Positions 8,374 through 8,917 of a stretch of DNA of 8,917 nt are shown piece by piece. Below the pieces are notes generated by a model. The model was not told where the DNA came from. It worked only from the letters and a program-made list of their open reading frames with translations, and did not search any database. This DNA comes from Paraphysomonas bandaiensis (taxonomy: Eukaryota > Protista > Chrysophyceae), in NCBI GenBank assembly GCA_965644295.1, contig CBFFRP010000575.1:1-8917 (forward strand). The letters are read 5' to 3'. Each line of letters begins with the position of its first letter. Within the stretch, counting starts at the first letter, position 1. The translations under genes and the position numbers were made by a program.

Positions 8374-8619
8374 ATAATGGACTCACCTACAATATTCCAG
8401 GACAATGCGTCTACTCTCAGCCTCGTAACGAAAGGAGGAGGCAAATACCGATCGAAGTATCTACGAGTAAGGCAGGCTTTAGTCAAAGAACACCATGATA
8501 GGGGAGACGTGAAGCTTCAGTACTTACCTACAGGAGAGATGTTGGCTGACGTGCTGACTAAACCCCTACAAGGAAAATTGTTCCGTCATTTGATGTGTCG
8601 TATCGTCGGAGAAGCATAG
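8374..8619 (+). CDS. pol: Polyprotein segment 3 of element B: RNase H C-terminus (81 aa)
   Basis: PTIFQDNAS, RSKYLRVR and YLPTGEMLADVLTKPL are copia RNase H C-terminal motifs, in the same frame as segment 2. Confidence 0.95.
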   Translation: MMDSPTIFQDNASTLSLVTKGGGKYRSKYLRVRQALVKEHHDRGDVKLQYLPTGEMLADVLTKPLQGKLFRHLMCRIVGEA

Positions 8620-8628
8620 ACACATCGC

Positions 8629-8633
8629 AGGGG
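8629..8633 (+). other. Minimal polypurine tract of element B
   Basis: AGGGG abuts the 3' LTR start. The position is right but the tract is very short. Confidence 0.55.
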
Positions 8634-8917
8634 TGCGTAGAGAAATAAGAGGATGTTCTTTTCAGTTTAGTACTTGAAGTGACTGTATAAGATATGCATA
8701 GGGCACATAGAGGTGTATGGTGTTATGTTATGCAGTGTTTTGTGTACGGCTGTAGACTAGAAGCATAATTTTCTCTTACTAACGAGTTCTGTAGAAACTG
8801 CAAAGAGAACCTTGCTTTTGACTACCTGTAGTGTAGACTGTGTGAAAAAGCAACGGGGGTATTCCGTCCGTTTATTGATCTGTAGCATCCGTGACTTCCG
8901 ACCGAGTACCGTGTTTT
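8634..8917 (+). repeat. 3' LTR of element B (last ~11 nt beyond the window)
   Basis: Direct repeat of 2298-2572. Starts 14 nt after the RNase H stop codon, immediately after AGGGG. Confidence 0.95.

Larger units (their letters stand above)
2298..8917 (+). mobile_element. Ty1/copia LTR retrotransposon B (CoDi-like motifs), nearly complete, carrying two nested insertions
   Basis: Direct LTR pair (offset 6336) flanks gag-PR-INT-RT-RNaseH in copia order. The 3' LTR is cut by the window edge, so no TSD is visible. Confidence 0.97.

Overview
Eukaryotic nest of LTR retrotransposons with no host genes. (A) 1-1999, minus strand: a Ty1/copia remnant (gag C-terminus, protease, integrase) with one frameshift, cut in gag by (C) an LTR-like fragment at 2000-2297. 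That fragment is in turn cut by (B), a plus-strand Ty1/copia element at 2298 to beyond 8917 with paired ~286-bp LTRs and motifs resembling diatom/stramenopile CoDi elements. B's single gag-pol ORF is split by two non-coding, TSD-flanked insertions (3506-4643 and ~7824-8369). Removing them with one TSD copy each restores an uninterrupted 1444-aa polyprotein. The most notable signal: B has no tRNA-type primer-binding site. Instead, 2581-2596 is the perfect 16-nt reverse complement of an internal LTR segment (2428-2443, unchanged at 8764-8779), the signature of Tf1-style self-primed reverse transcription, here in a copia element. B also has non-CA LTR ends and an apparent D-D-D integrase triad. 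All three nested inserts begin with TGTAA folded into a hairpin whose sequence differs between them.
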